Notes: a model not told the origin generated them from the letters alone. A stretch of DNA of 64,000 nt from Dendrobates tinctorius (GCF_039654945.1 NW_027361688.1:1550001-1614000), one strand, 5' to 3'; shown: positions 40,675 through 55,372, numbered from the stretch's first letter. Numbers and translations: made by a program.

Positions 40675-40763
40675 AGAAGAGCCTCTGTGGGAGAACAGGG
40701 CAGCTTAATCTTATTTCTCGGCAGGGGCTTCTTGGCTTTTGCTGCCTTCTTAGTCACCTTCTT
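40668..40763 (-). pseudogene. H1: Histone H1 3' remnant (C-terminal codons, 3' UTR, mutated stem-loop)
   Basis: KKVTKKAAKAKKP, then after a 1-nt shift AEK-TAA (40711); GGCTCTTCTCAGTGCC-ACCAC; the upstream part is replaced by satellite-like DNA. Confidence 0.75.
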
Positions 40764-41019
40764 ATAGTGCTGTGTACCCCAGTATTGTGCTCTATTCCCT
40801 CTGTATAGTGCTATACTATATACTATTTATGAATCTAAAACATAATAGTTTTAGATTCATCCGTGTCGTAATTTATACTCTCCAAATTGTGCCGTAAATA
40901 TCTGTATAGTGCTGAAATCCCTCCATATAGTGCTATATACTGATGTATACATCAGAATAGTGGCAAATCCCCTATATAGTGCTATACATATCGTGAATAT
41001 AGTACAGTATTCCTCCATG

Positions 41020-42030
41020 TCACCCCCCATGTGGTGCTGTATATCGCCATATAGTGTCACCACCCATGTGGTGCTGTATATCGCCATATAGTGTCACCCC
41101 CCATGTGGTGCTGTATATCACCATATAGTGTCACGCTCCATGTGGTGTTGTATATCGCCATATAGTGTCACCACCCCATGTGGTGCTGTATATTGCCATA
41201 TAGTGTCACCCCCCATGTGGTGCTGTATATCGCCATATAGTGTCACCCCCATGTGGTGCTGTATTTCGCCATATAGTGTCACCCCCATGTGGTGCTGTAT
41301 ATCGCCATATAGTGTCACCCCCCATGTGGTGCTGTATATCGCCATATAGTGTCACCCCCCATGTGGTGCTGTATATCGCCATATAGTGTCACCCTCCAGG
41401 TGGTGCCGTATATCGCCATATAGTGTCACCCCCATGTGGTGCTGTATATCGCCATATAGTGTCACCCCCCACGTGGTGCCGTATATCGCCATATAGTGTC
41501 ACCCCCCACGTGGTGCCATATATCGCCATATAGTGTCACCCCCCACGTGGTGCCGTATATTGCCATATAGTGTCACCCTCCAGGTGGTGCCGTATATCGC
41601 CATATAGTGTCACCCCCATGTGGTGCCGTATATCGCCATATAGTGTCACCCCCCATGTGGTGCTGTATATCGCCATATAGTGTCACCCCCCCATGTGGTG
41701 CTGTATATCGCCATATAGTGTCACCCCCCCATGTGGTGCTGTATATCGCCATATAGTGTCACCCCCCATGTGGTGCTGTATATCGCCATATAGTGTCACC
41801 CCCCATGTGGTGCTGTATATCGCCATATAGTGTCACCCCCCATGTGGTGCTGTATATCGCCATATAGTGTCACCCCCCCATGTGGTGCTATATATCGCCA
41901 TATAGTGTCACCCCCATGTGGTGCTGTATATCGCCATTTAGTGTCACCCCCCATGTGGTGCTGTATATCGCCATATAGTGTCACCCCCCCATGTGGTGCT
42001 GTATATCGCCATATAGTGTCACCCTCCATC
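41020..42030. repeat. 36-38-bp satellite (gtgtcacccccc atgtggtgctgtatatcgccatata)
   Basis: About 27 units; length varies with the C-run. Confidence 0.95.
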
Positions 42031-42189
42031 CATAGTGCTGGATACAGGATATCACGCCTTATACACTGAATATCGGGCTGTATTCCTGGTTATGATGCGG
42101 TCTGTGCCCAAATACTACAATACTCCCTCCATATAGTGCTGTATACGGCCACATAGCGCTATATGATGTTTCCCTCCACACAGCGCTGA

Positions 42190-42432
42190 GCACCACGTGT
42201 TACACTGAGGAGAACAAGGAGCGCGAGAAACTATCAGCCGTTGGGCGGGAATTTCATATTCAGTGCTCAGCCAATCAGCACTCAGTAGGGCTATGGCTCC
42301 GCCCACAGGGTCACTTCCTGGAAGACACTCAGTGTTAACCCTTCAGTGGCCGATGTTTCCGACTCCCATAGAGCAGAGCAGACTGCAGCCATCGGGCACA
42401 GCGCGGTCACCAGCCCCTCCCCCAGCAGCAGA
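42190..42432 (-). promoter_or_regulatory. Repeated cassette, copy C
   Basis: Close match to 34787-35023. Confidence 0.55.
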
Positions 42433-42751
42433 AGCAAATCACTGATCATCATTGGGAATGTCTGAGGAGCAAAGGGTTATATCTTGTTGTTTACCATGAT
42501 ATAGCGTTATATACCTTCATATAGTGCTATATATCCCCCATATCCTGCTGTGTACCATCATACACCGTTTTATCTATTTTATATATAAGGTGTAGAAAAG
42601 CCGGAGGCTTGGATGGAATCCTACCAGAAATGCTGAGGTACAGCCCACCAGAAATACAGGCTGCAATGGTTAAACTGTTCAATATTGTGCTAAGTGCCGG
42701 CTACTTCCTTGTACGTGGAACCAAGGCCTCATCACACCCATCCACAAGAAT

Positions 42752-43089
42752 AAAGGATGGAATCTCCAGCGCTGGACTTCAGTTAAAAATACATCATTTA
42801 TTGTAAATTCTTAAAATCGAACAGAAAAAAGTGTGGATAAGGACATACAGGCAGATGGGGTCTCTGGTGGTCTCCAACCAACGCGTTTCGACCTAGAGGG
42901 TCTTACTCATGGTTCATCAATACAATAAATGATGTATTTTTAACTGAAGTCCAGCGCTGGAGATTCCATCCTTTATTTTGCTTCAGTCAACACCCCTGAT
43001 CAAGGTGACTCCGTGCGCAGGAGGATTATGGATCGCAACCGAGACTGGTGAGCTGACCTCCCTTCATTTTCCCTATCCTTCTATAATTA
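42752..43089. mobile_element. Penelope-like insertion with inverted repeat and hammerhead-like motif
   Basis: catccacaagaat duplicated at 42739 and 43090; inverted arms about 42749-42805 and 42920-42977; minus strand UGAGUAA-GACC(loop)GGUC-GAAA-CGCG at 42878-42912. Confidence 0.7.
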
Positions 43090-44466
43090 CATCCACAAGA
43101 ATGGGGACAGGTACGACCCAGCCAACTACAGAGGAATATGTGTCAGCAGCAACCTGGGAAAACTGTTCAACAGCATCCTGAACAAGAGGATCCTCAGTTT
43201 CCTCACTGAGCACAACGTCCCCAGCAAGAGCCAAGCAGGCTTCATGCCAAACCACCGCACTACTGAACACATCTACACCCTGCACAGCCTCATTCAGAGA
43301 CACGTCCACAATACAAAGAACGGGAAGATATACGCCTGTTTCGTGGACTTTAAAAGGCCTTTGATTCGGTGTGGCACCCAGACTTATCCCTGAAATTACT
43401 GGAGAGCGGAATAGGAGGAAAGACCTACGATGTTATGAAAAGCTCCTACACCGAGAACCTCTGCAGTGTGAGTGTGAGCGGCAGAAGAACGGCCTATTTC
43501 CAGCAGAGCCGGGGAGTCAGACAAGGCTGCAGCCCAAGCCCAACGCTCTTCAACATTTACATCAACGAGCTGGTTACCGCTCTGGAATCTTCCACAGCAC
43601 CAGGTCTCACCTTCCATGACGCGCAGGTGAAATTCCTGCTGTATTCAGATGACCTGCTGCTTCTGGCCCCAACCGAGAAAGGCCTCCAAGACAACCTGAA
43701 AATCTTAGAGAAATTCAGCTCCACCTGGGCTCTACCGGTCAACCTAAAGAAAACCAACATCATGGTGTTCCAGAAGAGAAAGAGAAAATCAGACCAGCAC
43801 CCTTCATTTATCCTCAACAACTGCGCCCTTACAGGAACGGACAAATATACCTACCTGGGCCTAGAGATTCACTGGTCAGGGAGTTCAAACAAGCCATAGA
43901 GACCCTGAAAGATAAGGCCTGCAAAACCTATGCCATCCGAAAGAAACTCTACCATCTGAAGCCACCAGTGAGGGTCTTGTTAAAAATCTTCGACTCTATC
44001 ATCGCCCCAATCCTCCTGTATGGCAGCGAAATCTGGGGTCCTCACACCTACCCAGACTGGTCAAGGTGGGATTCCAGCCCAACAGAAATATTCCACCTGG
44101 AATTCTGCAAGCACCTTCTCAAAGTCCATCGGAGCACCTCCAACAGCGCTTGCCGGGCCGAGCTGGGCAGATTCCCTCTACACCTAACGGTCCTAAAGAG
44201 GGCACTGTCATTCCGGGCTCACCTACAAAGGAGCAATCCAAGCTCCCATCACCATAAAGCCCTGACACATGTAGGTGAAACAGAAAAACCAGGACCCTTG
44301 GAACAGCCCACCCAAACCCAACCTGACCAGAACACCAATCACAACAACCTGACAAAAGCCGGAATCAGGAAGATGGTAGACGAAGGCCAGGAGAGGTACG
44401 TAAGTGACTGGAAGAACGACATCATCAGCTCACAGAAACCATGTACCGGAGTCTACAGAGAGACTA

Positions 44467-46018
44467 CAGTCATGGCCAAAAGTTTAGAGAATGACACAAA
44501 TATTATATTTTCACATGATCTGCTGCCCTCTGGTTTTTATGTGTGTTTGTCAGATGTTGTTATCACATACAGAAATATAATTGCAATCATATTTTGAGTA
44601 ACAAAAGGTTATATTGACAGAATGAGATAATACAGCAAGTCAATATTTGCAGTGTTGACCCTTCTTCTTCAGGACCGCAGCAATTCTCCCTGGCATGCTC
44701 TCAATTAACTTCTGGATCAAATCCTGACTGATAGTAGTCCATTCTTGCAAAATCAATGCTTTTATTTTGTCTGAATTTGAAGGTTTTTGTTTGTCCACCC
44801 GTCTCTTGATGATTGACCACAAGTTCTCAATGGGATTAAGATCTGGGGAGTTTCCAGGCCGTGGTCCCAAAATCTCTATGTTTTGTTCCCTGAGCCATTT
44901 AGTTATCACCTTTGCTTTATGGCAAGGTGCTCCATCATGTTGAAAAAGGCATTGATGATCGCCAAACTGCTCTTGGACGGTTGGGAGAAGTTGCTCTTGG
45001 AGGACATTCTGGTACCATTCTTTATTCATGGCTGTGTTTTTAGGCAAGACTGAGAGAGAGCCCATTCCCTTGGCTGAGAAGCAACCCCACACATGAATGG
45101 TTTCAGGATGCTTGACAGTTGGCATGAGACAAGACTGGTGGTAGCGCTCACCTGGTCTTCTCCGAATAAGCCATTTTCCAGATGTCCCAAACAATCGAAA
45201 AGGGGATTCATCAGAGAAAATGACTTTACCGCAGTCCACTCCCTGTACCTCTTGCAGAATATCAGTCTGTCCATGATGTTTTTTTCTGGAGAGAAGTGGC
45301 TTCTTTGCTGCCCTCCTTGAGACCAGGCCTTGCTCCAAGAGTCTCCGCCTCACAGTGCGTGCAGATGCACTCACACCTGCCTGCTGCCATTCCTGAGCAA
45401 GCTCTGCACTGCTGGTAGCCCGATCCCGCAGCTGAAACACTTTTAAGAGACGGTCCTGGCGCTTGCTGGTCTTTCTTGGGCGCCCTGGAGCCATTTTGGC
45501 AACAAGGGAACCTCTCTCCTTGAAGTTCTTGATGATGCGATAGATTGTTGACTGAGGTGCAATCTTTCTAGCTGCGATCCTCTTCCCTGTTAGGCCATTT
45601 TTGTGCAGTGCAATGATGACTGCATGTGTTTCTTTAGAGATAACCATGGTTAACAGAAGAGAAACAATGATGCCAAGCACCAGCCTCCTTTTAAAGTGTC
45701 CAGTGGTGTCATTCTTACTTAATCATAACAGATTGCTCCATTAACACAGGTGTGGGTGTTGATGAGGACAGGGCTGGAGATCAATCACTGAAACGATGTT
45801 AGCTGGTCCTTTTAAGGCAGGGCTGCAATGATGTTGAAATGTGTTTTGGGGGATAGAGTTAATTTTCTAGGCAAATATTGACTTTGCAAGTAATTGCTGT
45901 TAAGCTGATCACTCTTTATAACATTCTGGAGTATATGCAAATTGCCATTAGAAAAAATGAAGCAGTAGACTTTGTAAGAATTAGTATGTGTCATTCTCTA
46001 AACTTTTGGCCATGACTG
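44467..46018 (-). mobile_element. Tc1/mariner transposon with DD35E spacing
   Basis: TIR cagtcatggccaaaagtttagagaatgac, TA TSD. Confidence 0.95.
44640..45647 (-). pseudogene. DD35E transposase with compensating frameshifts
   Basis: GRPRK, FSDES, QHDGA-35-NPIE; the expected RLIFCKRYREWT segment lies in another frame. Confidence 0.85.
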
Positions 46019-46557
46019 TACAGACTGGCCCCATATCTGGAGAAAATCCCTGACCCCAGAGACCGCAAGATCCTGAGCCGGTATAGACTCAGTGCCCACA
46101 GTCTGGCCATCGAATCCGGCCGACACAGGCAGAGCTACAATCCTAGGGAGCAAAGACTGTGCCAACACTGTGACCAGGAGGCCCTGGAGAATCGACACCC
46201 ACTACACTGCCCCAAATACTCAGCAGTGAGGGACACTCACTTCAGGAGACTCTCACATCTCTTCCCGGATTTCATCACCATGAAGGAGGAAGAGAAAACA
46301 TATATCCTGCTGGGGGAAGAAGAGAGAGCAGTGGAGATAGCAGCGCAATATGTGAGCCAATGTAATAGACTGCGAGAAAAACAGCCATGATATGCCATGG
46401 ACTTCTGTGGCCCCCACCCTGGATCTGCCCCCATCCACCTTTCCTACAGCCCCTACCCAACATCCCTACAGTCCCTATCCCTATTCCCTCTTGTACACTT
46501 GCTTTGGCAAAACTAATGTGTATTTAGTCCTGCCAATAAAGCTTCTTTGAATTGAAT

Positions 46558-47480
46558 ATCCTGCTGTATACCTCCATATAGTGCTATATCCCCTTCATAT
46601 CCTGATGTATAGCTCCATATAGTGCTATATCCCCTTCATATCCTGATGTATACCGCCATATAGTGCTGCATACACTCATGTAGCGCTACATACCTTCATA
46701 TACTGCTGTATATATCCATATAGTGCTCTATACTCCATAAACTGCTATATACCCTCCATATACTGCTGTATCCCCCATATAGTACTATATACATTCCATA
46801 TCCTGCTGTATACCCCATATACTACTATATACCCTCCATATCCTGCTGTATACACCATATAGTGCTTTATACTCTCTATATCCTGCTGTATACCCGCATA
46901 TAGTGCTATATACCCTCCATATCCTGCTGTATACCCCGATATAGTGCTATATACCCTCCATATCCTGCTGTATACCCGCATATAGTGCTATATACCCTCC
47001 ATATCCTGCTGTATACCCGCATATAGTGCTATATACCCTCCATATCCTGCTGTATACCCCCATATAGTGCTATATACCCTAAATATCCTGCTGTATACCC
47101 CCATATAGTGCTATATACCCACCATATCCTGCTGTATACCCCCATATACTGCTATATACCCTACATATCCTGCTGTATACCCCCATATAGTGCTTTATAC
47201 TCTCTATATCCTGCTGTATACCCGCATATAGTGCTATATACCCTCCATATCCTGCTGTATACCCCCATATAGTGCTATATACCCTCCATATCCTGCTGTA
47301 TACCCGCATATAGTGCTATATACCCTCCATATCCTGCTGTATACCCCCATATAGTGCTATATACCCTCCATATCCTGCTGCATACCCCCATATAGTGCTA
47401 TATACTCTCCATATCCTACTGTCTAACCCCATATAGTGCTATATACCCTCCATATCCTGCTGTATACCCCCACATAGTGT
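46558..47480. repeat. ~20/41-bp satellite
   Basis: Tandem atatagtgctatataccctccatatcctgctgtataccc units. Confidence 0.95.
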
Positions 47481-47746
47481 CGTGTTCTTGTAAACAATTA
47501 CAGGGATGCATCAACGCAGAAGATGAGGACACTAATAGGTTAATCAAATATTTCTTGGATAAATTAAGAGTAAGTGGTGCTGATACCTACTAGTGGCCCT
47601 ACCACCTGCAGTGCGTCACAGTCATTATCTGTCCCGTTCCCGCCATCTCTGGCACTCTGTAGGTAATAGGAGCCGTAATATCGGCCTATGATACCACGCC
47701 GTTAGGCCCTAATCGCTTATTGATTAGTCACTTTCCACAACTGTTA

Positions 47747-48033
47747 GGCTATGTGCACACACTGCAGAATCACCTGCGGGTTTTTCCCCGCGGAACCGCA
47801 GGTAAAGTGACCTGCGGTTTCACACCTCTACTATGTTAAAGGTGTGAAACCACAGCGGAATCCGCAGAAACAATTGACATGCTGCGGTTTATAAACCGCA
47901 GCAAAACCACGCTGAAAAAAACGCAACGTGAGCACTGCGGTTTTGAAAACCCATAGGGTTACATGGTACTGTACCATGTCTGCGGAACTGCTGCGGTTCC
48001 GCAGGGCCAAAACCGCAGCGTGTGCACATAGCC
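47747..48033. mobile_element. Harbinger-type MITE
   Basis: TIR ggctatgtgcacac, TTA TSD. Confidence 0.8.
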
Positions 48034-49039
48034 TTACGCTGTCCAACTTCTCCCTTGAAGCATGGCCCCGGTCTCCCGTGTATCGAACGTGTACTTTGGA
48101 AATCAGAGCTCACAGGATCGTCCCCTCGTCACTGGCCTGGTCACCTCTGCTCCCTCGGATTACTTAGCTCATCTCCGGTTCTGGCTACCCAGCTCTGGTA
48201 ACTCATCCCCCCCAAAACCCCTTCCCCCTGTTTCTGGTTACTTGTCTCTTCGCTATATATGGTGGCCATAAACCAAACTTACGCTTCTCTAGCTTTTTTA
48301 TTCCTGCTTTTAATTGATTCTTTAATAAAAATTGTTGCTTTTCTCCTGATTGTGGTTTGTGGGATCTCTTCATTGTCCTGTAAGGACTCATATGGGACTA
48401 GTTTTGTACTTGATGTTAGACGTGCTCCGTTGATATTTGAACATTTATTGACTTACCGTAGGTATAAATTTTTGCAAAAAAAAGTTTAAAGTGAATAACT
48501 TGAATAATAAACTCTGTTTTTTTTCTATGTTCTCTGGTTTGCTTGTGTTCCCATCATGACTAGTGAATAGGAAAGATTGTGGGTGGGAGGACAAGAAGAC
48601 GCAGGTGACGAGAAGTGCCTGAGCTCCATTGGCTCAGCTGCCTTTATAGACGCCTTCCTCAATGTAGCGGTCGTATAGTCCTATACTACATTCCACATTC
48701 ACACAAGCTGCAACAAGAATTCCTAGGAACACTTGTTTCCCAATTATCAACTTTTTTTTTTGAAGAGGCCACCAATCATCCAACGAACAAGGAAAATCTA
48801 TTATCAGGCAAAATGATTTTTTAACCCCTTTCCAACCTTGACATATAGTTACACCTAAGGTCACCTCCCCCTATTTGCTGCGGGCTGAGCACACAACTTT
48901 TCCGGCACATGTCATCTGATTTCCCCTAATAGTCGCGAATGGAATCCCGATCCACCTTTGGCTGCTAACATGTTAAATGCCACTGTCAATCTCTGACATC
49001 GTCATTTAACATGCTCGCGCCGGAAGCGCATCGCATATT

Positions 49040-49282
49040 ATTATATATTTATATAGCGCCAATTATTCTATGGCGCTTTACATGTGAAAAGGGGAAATAT
49101 AGACAAGAATAATAAACATGTGTAAGACAAGGGACACACAAGTACATAAGGAGAGGAGACCCTGCCCGCGAGGGCTCACAGTCTACAGGGAGGGTGAGGA
49201 TAGAGTAGGAGAGGGTAGAGCTGGTTGTGTGGTGGTTCAGTAGACCGAGGATCATTGCAGGCTGTAGGCTTGCCGGAACAGG
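49040..49282 (-). mobile_element. L2-type 3' tail fragment
   Basis: Reverse complement of 55130-55370; tgtagactgtgagccctcgcgggcaggg core. Confidence 0.75.
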
Positions 49283-49729
49283 TCACTAATACCACCTATC
49301 GACAAATGTGTCACATGACCTTGTGTTGGTATGACAAGCCGGGATCTGCAGGAAACAACTGTGGATGTCATTTCCGGACAGCTATGAGTACCACCCAGCG
49401 GTCGGCGATCACAGCAAGTGAGCATTTCTGCTACTCAGCGCAGGGCTTCAGCCGTGCTCTGTGCAGCTCAGGCAATCAGATGATTGCAGCTTCTAGTGTC
49501 CCATGGAGACTGTGAAACCAAGTGTTAATTAAAAAAAAAAAAAAAAATAGCCTGTTTGTTGGGCTCTGTATGCATGTGTTGTGACAGTGAAACAGCCGCG
49601 ACACATGCAGCTGCGGCGCCGACCAGCTGATTATCGGGAGCGCTCCAGGTGACCGAAGCAGCTATTTGGGATCATCACGTATCCAAAGCTAGCCGATCAA
49701 CCCTATTATTGACTCATTTAATAAAAGCG

Positions 49730-50460
49730 GGGGTGTTCTAATTAGTCCCAGCGTGGAGTTCAATTAGTGATTTCATTTATGCTGTGAAGAAGCAAGTGCC
49801 AATAATGGCCCTCTATGAAAGAAAGGCAGCAAATGTTGGACCTGCTGATTTCAGCCCTTGGTCAGTGAGTCAAATGGGTCTTTCCAGACATTGTACAGAA
49901 GGAGAAAGAATTTCGATCAAGGAGTTGATTAGAGAGGGGAAAACATATAAAGAAAATAATTTGCTGCTCATTTTAGATTTCTAATGCTTTAAAATGGCAA
50001 TAAAAAAGAAACAAAGCACGTGGTAGGAAAAGAACGCCAACCATTCACATAGATTATGAAGAATGACAAAGAAGCTCCCTGTGATCAGGTCCAGGGAGAT
50101 CAGAGAAGATCTTCAGTCACCTGTGAGTCTTCCAACCACCAGAAGATGCCTACAGGAAGCCAAACTATGTGCAAGAAACCCTCATAAGGAACCATTGCTG
50201 ATTAACACAAAGACAAGTTGAAAAGGTTATAGTTTGCCAAAGAACACATTGACCGGCGGCCTAAGGAGAAGTGGTGCAACCTTCTACACACAGATGAGAG
50301 CAAGATTGCTTTGTACTGGGTCTAAAAGCCGCAGACAGTTTGTGAGACGACACCAACACTGAGTTTCAGCAGGACAACAACCTCAAACAGGGCAGATCAA
50401 CAATGTTGTGAAGAGGCCACGTAATCATCAGACCTCAGTCAGACTGAGAATTTGTGGCCT
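49730..50460 (+). mobile_element. Highly decayed Tc1 transposase remnant
   Basis: IKELIREGKTYKE, FAKEHID, KW.N.L.TDESK and QQDN motifs across frameshifts. Confidence 0.65.
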
Positions 50461-51164
50461 GGTCTCCTGGAGACCTCTACGGTTGTCACTGCCAGCTTGC
50501 TGTGAGCGCCCCCCAGTGGTCGGCGCTCATAACAAGTGAGCAATTCCACTACATAGAGGCGATCTGATCATCGCCTGTATGTATCAGAGCCGATCGGGCT
50601 ATGGCAGATTCTAGTCTCCCATGGAGACTATTGTGGCTCTGAGAATAAGGTGAGTGAAAAATGAAAATGAAAAAAACTCTGGGGGTTAAGGTTGGGGGAT
50701 GCAGGGAGAAAATTCCATGTACATGGTTAATTCAGGAAGCAAGGTGGAAGACAACATGGTTTCCTTCACATTCCCGTTCATCTAGTGCTGTATACACAGA
50801 TTGTGCTGTTGATGCCTCTATGCTTTCCACCCCCATATTGTACTGTATATCCTCATTCTGTTCTGCCACAAACATTGCAGTAAACGGACACATAATAGGT
50901 AGAATAATAATAGCAAATACCTCAAATTAGAAATCTAGTATAGTTTTTCAGATTTGTTGTCTTTTTCCTCATGTGCAATCGTTGCAGGACCTTAGTTATC
51001 CATGTTACATAGTTGCTAGTGTTGGTAATCATGGATATCTAACGTCCTGCAATAACTGCACACAAGGAAGGAGAAATAGCAAATCAGAAGAACTATACTA
51101 ATTTCTAATTGGAGGCATTTACTAATGTAGGGTCTTGGAGATGGAACTACCCCTGTAATCACAG

Positions 51165-51460
51165 CTCCCAGCCTGACAAGATCAGATCCACCGCCGCCAT
51201 CCTGACACCACATGTTACAGAGAACAAACAGCAGAAGAAACCATCAGCCCATGTGCACAGCCAATCAGCACTCAGTAGGGCTATGGCTCCGCCCACAGGC
51301 AGCACCAGATTACTCCCCCCCAGGCCCTCAGTGTTAACCCATTAGTGCCTGCAATGTATCCAGCTGCAGCAGCACAGGCTGCAATCATCCCAGCACAGGA
51401 CTATCAGCAGCCCCTTCCCCCTCTCCCTCCCCAGGAGCTGTAGCTTCTCCTCAGAAGATG
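51165..51460 (-). promoter_or_regulatory. Repeated cassette, copy D, directly downstream of H4
   Basis: cagccaatcagcactcagtagggctatggctccgcccacagg identical to copy C; ctcagtgttaaccc; ATGGCGGCG. Confidence 0.55.
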
Positions 51461-51481
51461 TGGGTGGCTCTTAAAAGAGCC
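51440..51481 (-). terminator. Histone 3' stem-loop + HDE (H4)
   Basis: GGCTCT-TTTA-AGAGCC-ACCCA, then GAGGAGAAGCT. Confidence 0.93.
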
Positions 51482-51513
51482 TTTGGGTTGTCAGGATAGA
51501 AAAGAGAATACAA

Positions 51514-52000
<487 letters not shown>

Positions 52001-52934
52001 GTTAGTGATTTTGAATTTCTCGCTCATTTTTTTCTCCCCTTCTACTGGGATGACACTAAAAATAGTCAGGAACCTGATTCCTCTCCCCGGTGACATCCTG
52101 CTCGGAGTAATTACAATGTGAGAGCCGGACCTGCAGATCAATCATTGACAATTATAGTGCAAGATTCTATACATAGAACAAAAGTCAAAATAAGCAACTC
52201 AAAATACCAAGGCCTCGCTCCCAGAATAGATGCATAAATGCAGAATTTGCATAAATTGATGGAATGCTCCCATAGATATAAAACACAAAGAAAAAGATGG
52301 ATTACATAAACCACCAAGAGGATAATAAAATCCAAACATTTGATTTAATCAAAATTACCTGCACATAATATGAGCCATATACAGGATAGTGGAACCAAAG
52401 AGAGGACTAGGATGCGGAGACAGGCTGGGGCAGCGGAGGAGAGAACAGGGGACAAAAAAAATGAAACCAGGGGTAGATCAGAACTCATATGAGGAAATTA
52501 TATGGAAATAAATAGAATAAAGGGAACAGAAAAAAATCATACCCTTAATGGGACCAGCAGGACGACACATGGACATTGCCAGCTACAGTGGGCGAGGAGT
52601 AATGGTGGGGGGCATAGGAGTTTGGTGGTTCATGCATTTGGTACCTTTGATTTATCACTTTTTTCTCTACGCTTCATTTCCCCATTTAAAACAGTAGCAC
52701 ACAAACAGCCCCAGCTCTGATGTAGACGTATCTATCAGTATGTGGGGGCGATATTACTATATGTTGTTTGGTTACATCAGTATATGAAGAGCAGTATATG
52801 GACGGTAAACATCATTGTCTTATACAGAGCTATATAGCAGTTCTGCATCTCCCTGCAGCTCACCTTGCCCCATCTCTCTCCCCTGTCCTCAATATCAGAG
52901 ACCCAATCTCTGCCTCCTATCAACACAGTGTTAT

Positions 52935-52976
52935 TCAGCTCTGATGTAGACGGGGTGGGTGGCTCTTAGAAGAGCC
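52935..52976 (-). terminator. Histone 3' stem-loop + HDE (H2B copy 3)
   Basis: Stem-loop 52961-52976, CAGAGCTG. Confidence 0.93.
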
Positions 52977-53007
52977 TTTGGGTTGTGGGTGCAGAGCACA
53001 GAGCAGA

Positions 53008-54111
<1,104 letters not shown>

Positions 54112-54150
54112 GCGCTGCCACCGACCCCCGTATCATCAACACAACCCAAA

Positions 54151-54192
54151 GGCTCTTCTAAGAGCCACCCACACCGTCACCACAGGAGCTGA
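54151..54192 (+). terminator. Histone 3' stem-loop + HDE (H2A copy 3)
   Basis: GGCTCTTCTAAGAGCC; HDE CAGGAGCTG. Confidence 0.93.
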
Positions 54193-54432
54193 CGCCGCTG
54201 ATTGTGATGTTCTGGTCTGTGTGTACTGATGTTATACAGAATCTCAGCCATAGAACAGAGTATACAGGAGCCGTAGCTGCACCTGGCAGTGGGTATAATC
54301 CTGTCACTATTGGGCTGGTACATTGGGACTGATGATGGTTAATCTGCAGTGACTAGCACTTAGTGGTCCGCTATCGGGTTTTACACCCTCCTCTCCCCTA
54401 TCCTCCATGTCCTGTAGTTGGAGGTGTGATCA

Positions 54433-54473
54433 GTGGTGACTCTGAAAAGAGCCTTTGTGGAAGGACAGGGCAC
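54433..54473 (-). pseudogene. Orphan histone stem-loop with H1-like 3' UTR
   Basis: CAAA-GGCTCT-TTTC-AGAGTC-ACCAC; the preceding tgccctgtccttccaca resembles the UTR of the H1 remnant; no CDS upstream. Confidence 0.7.
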
Positions 54474-55069
54474 ATCCAGTGTGTGCAGAGTATGGGGGGC
54501 AGTGTCCACATTAGGGGTCACAGGAAACAAAACCTAATAAGGTAAAATGTCATATAACCCCACCATCTCATTGCTATGTTTCATGTACTCCCTTATAGTG
54601 CTGTGTTCCCCAGTATAGTGCTATATACGAACATATAGTTCGGTATACATCGGCATAGTGCTTTATCCCCTCCATATTGTGCCATGTAATAATCTTTATA
54701 TAGCACCAACATATTCCGCAGCGCTTTAAAAATTCAACAGTTCATATACAACAGTCATAAGTAACAACATTAAAGATAATACAAGAATTAAAGCAAAATG
54801 ATGAAGCCGCTGCTGGTGAGAGATAACAATCCACAATGAGGTGGGGGAGACAGTACAAGAGTGTGTATACAGCGATGTAATTACAATGATGGTCCAGCCA
54901 TCTTGAGGGAATGCAGATGGATAAGGCTGCATGAGCGGTGGAGTTTAATGGACCATTATGATCAGAGAAGTAAAGAATGGGCTATATCTTTATATATAAT
55001 ATATATGAACCTTGATTAGGGATGTGATAGGCTGCTCTAAATAGATGTATTTTGAGGGATTGCCTAAAC

Positions 55070-55372
55070 TGCAACTCATCAGACTCTCACCATCAACAGA
55101 AACCTTCAAGAAGAACCTGAAGACCCACCTGTCCGACAAGCCTACAGCCTGCAATGATCCTCAGTCCACTGAACCACCGCCCGACCTGCTCTACCCTCTC
55201 CTACTCTATCCTCACCCATCCCTGTAGACTGTGAGCCCTCGCGGGCAGGGTCCCCTCTCCTTATGTACTTGTGTGTCCCTTGTCTTACACATGTTTATTA
55301 TTCTTGTCTATATTTTCCCTTTTCACATGTAAAGCGCCATGGAATAAATGGCGCTATATAAATGCATAATAA
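55070..55372 (+). mobile_element. L2 3' end fragment
   Basis: IRLSPSTETFKKNLKTHL plus an L2 tail. Confidence 0.75.

Larger units (their letters stand above)
42590..46557 (+). mobile_element. 5'-truncated CR1-superclade LINE (Crack/Daphne-like) with nested Penelope and Tc1 insertions
   Basis: KAGGLDGI, NYRGI, GVRQGC.SPTLFNIYI, LLYSDD; C-terminal ESGRH..EQRLCQHC zinc knuckle; caataaag..(gaatt)n tail. Confidence 0.85.

Noticed and set aside
39444-40808. Long repetitive ORFs, including a CDQCHH 'multiheme/metal-binding-like' repeat
   Set aside because: A 36-bp unit without stops opens several frames on both strands; the CxxCH pattern is coincidental and the unit is explained by histone 3'-UTR origin
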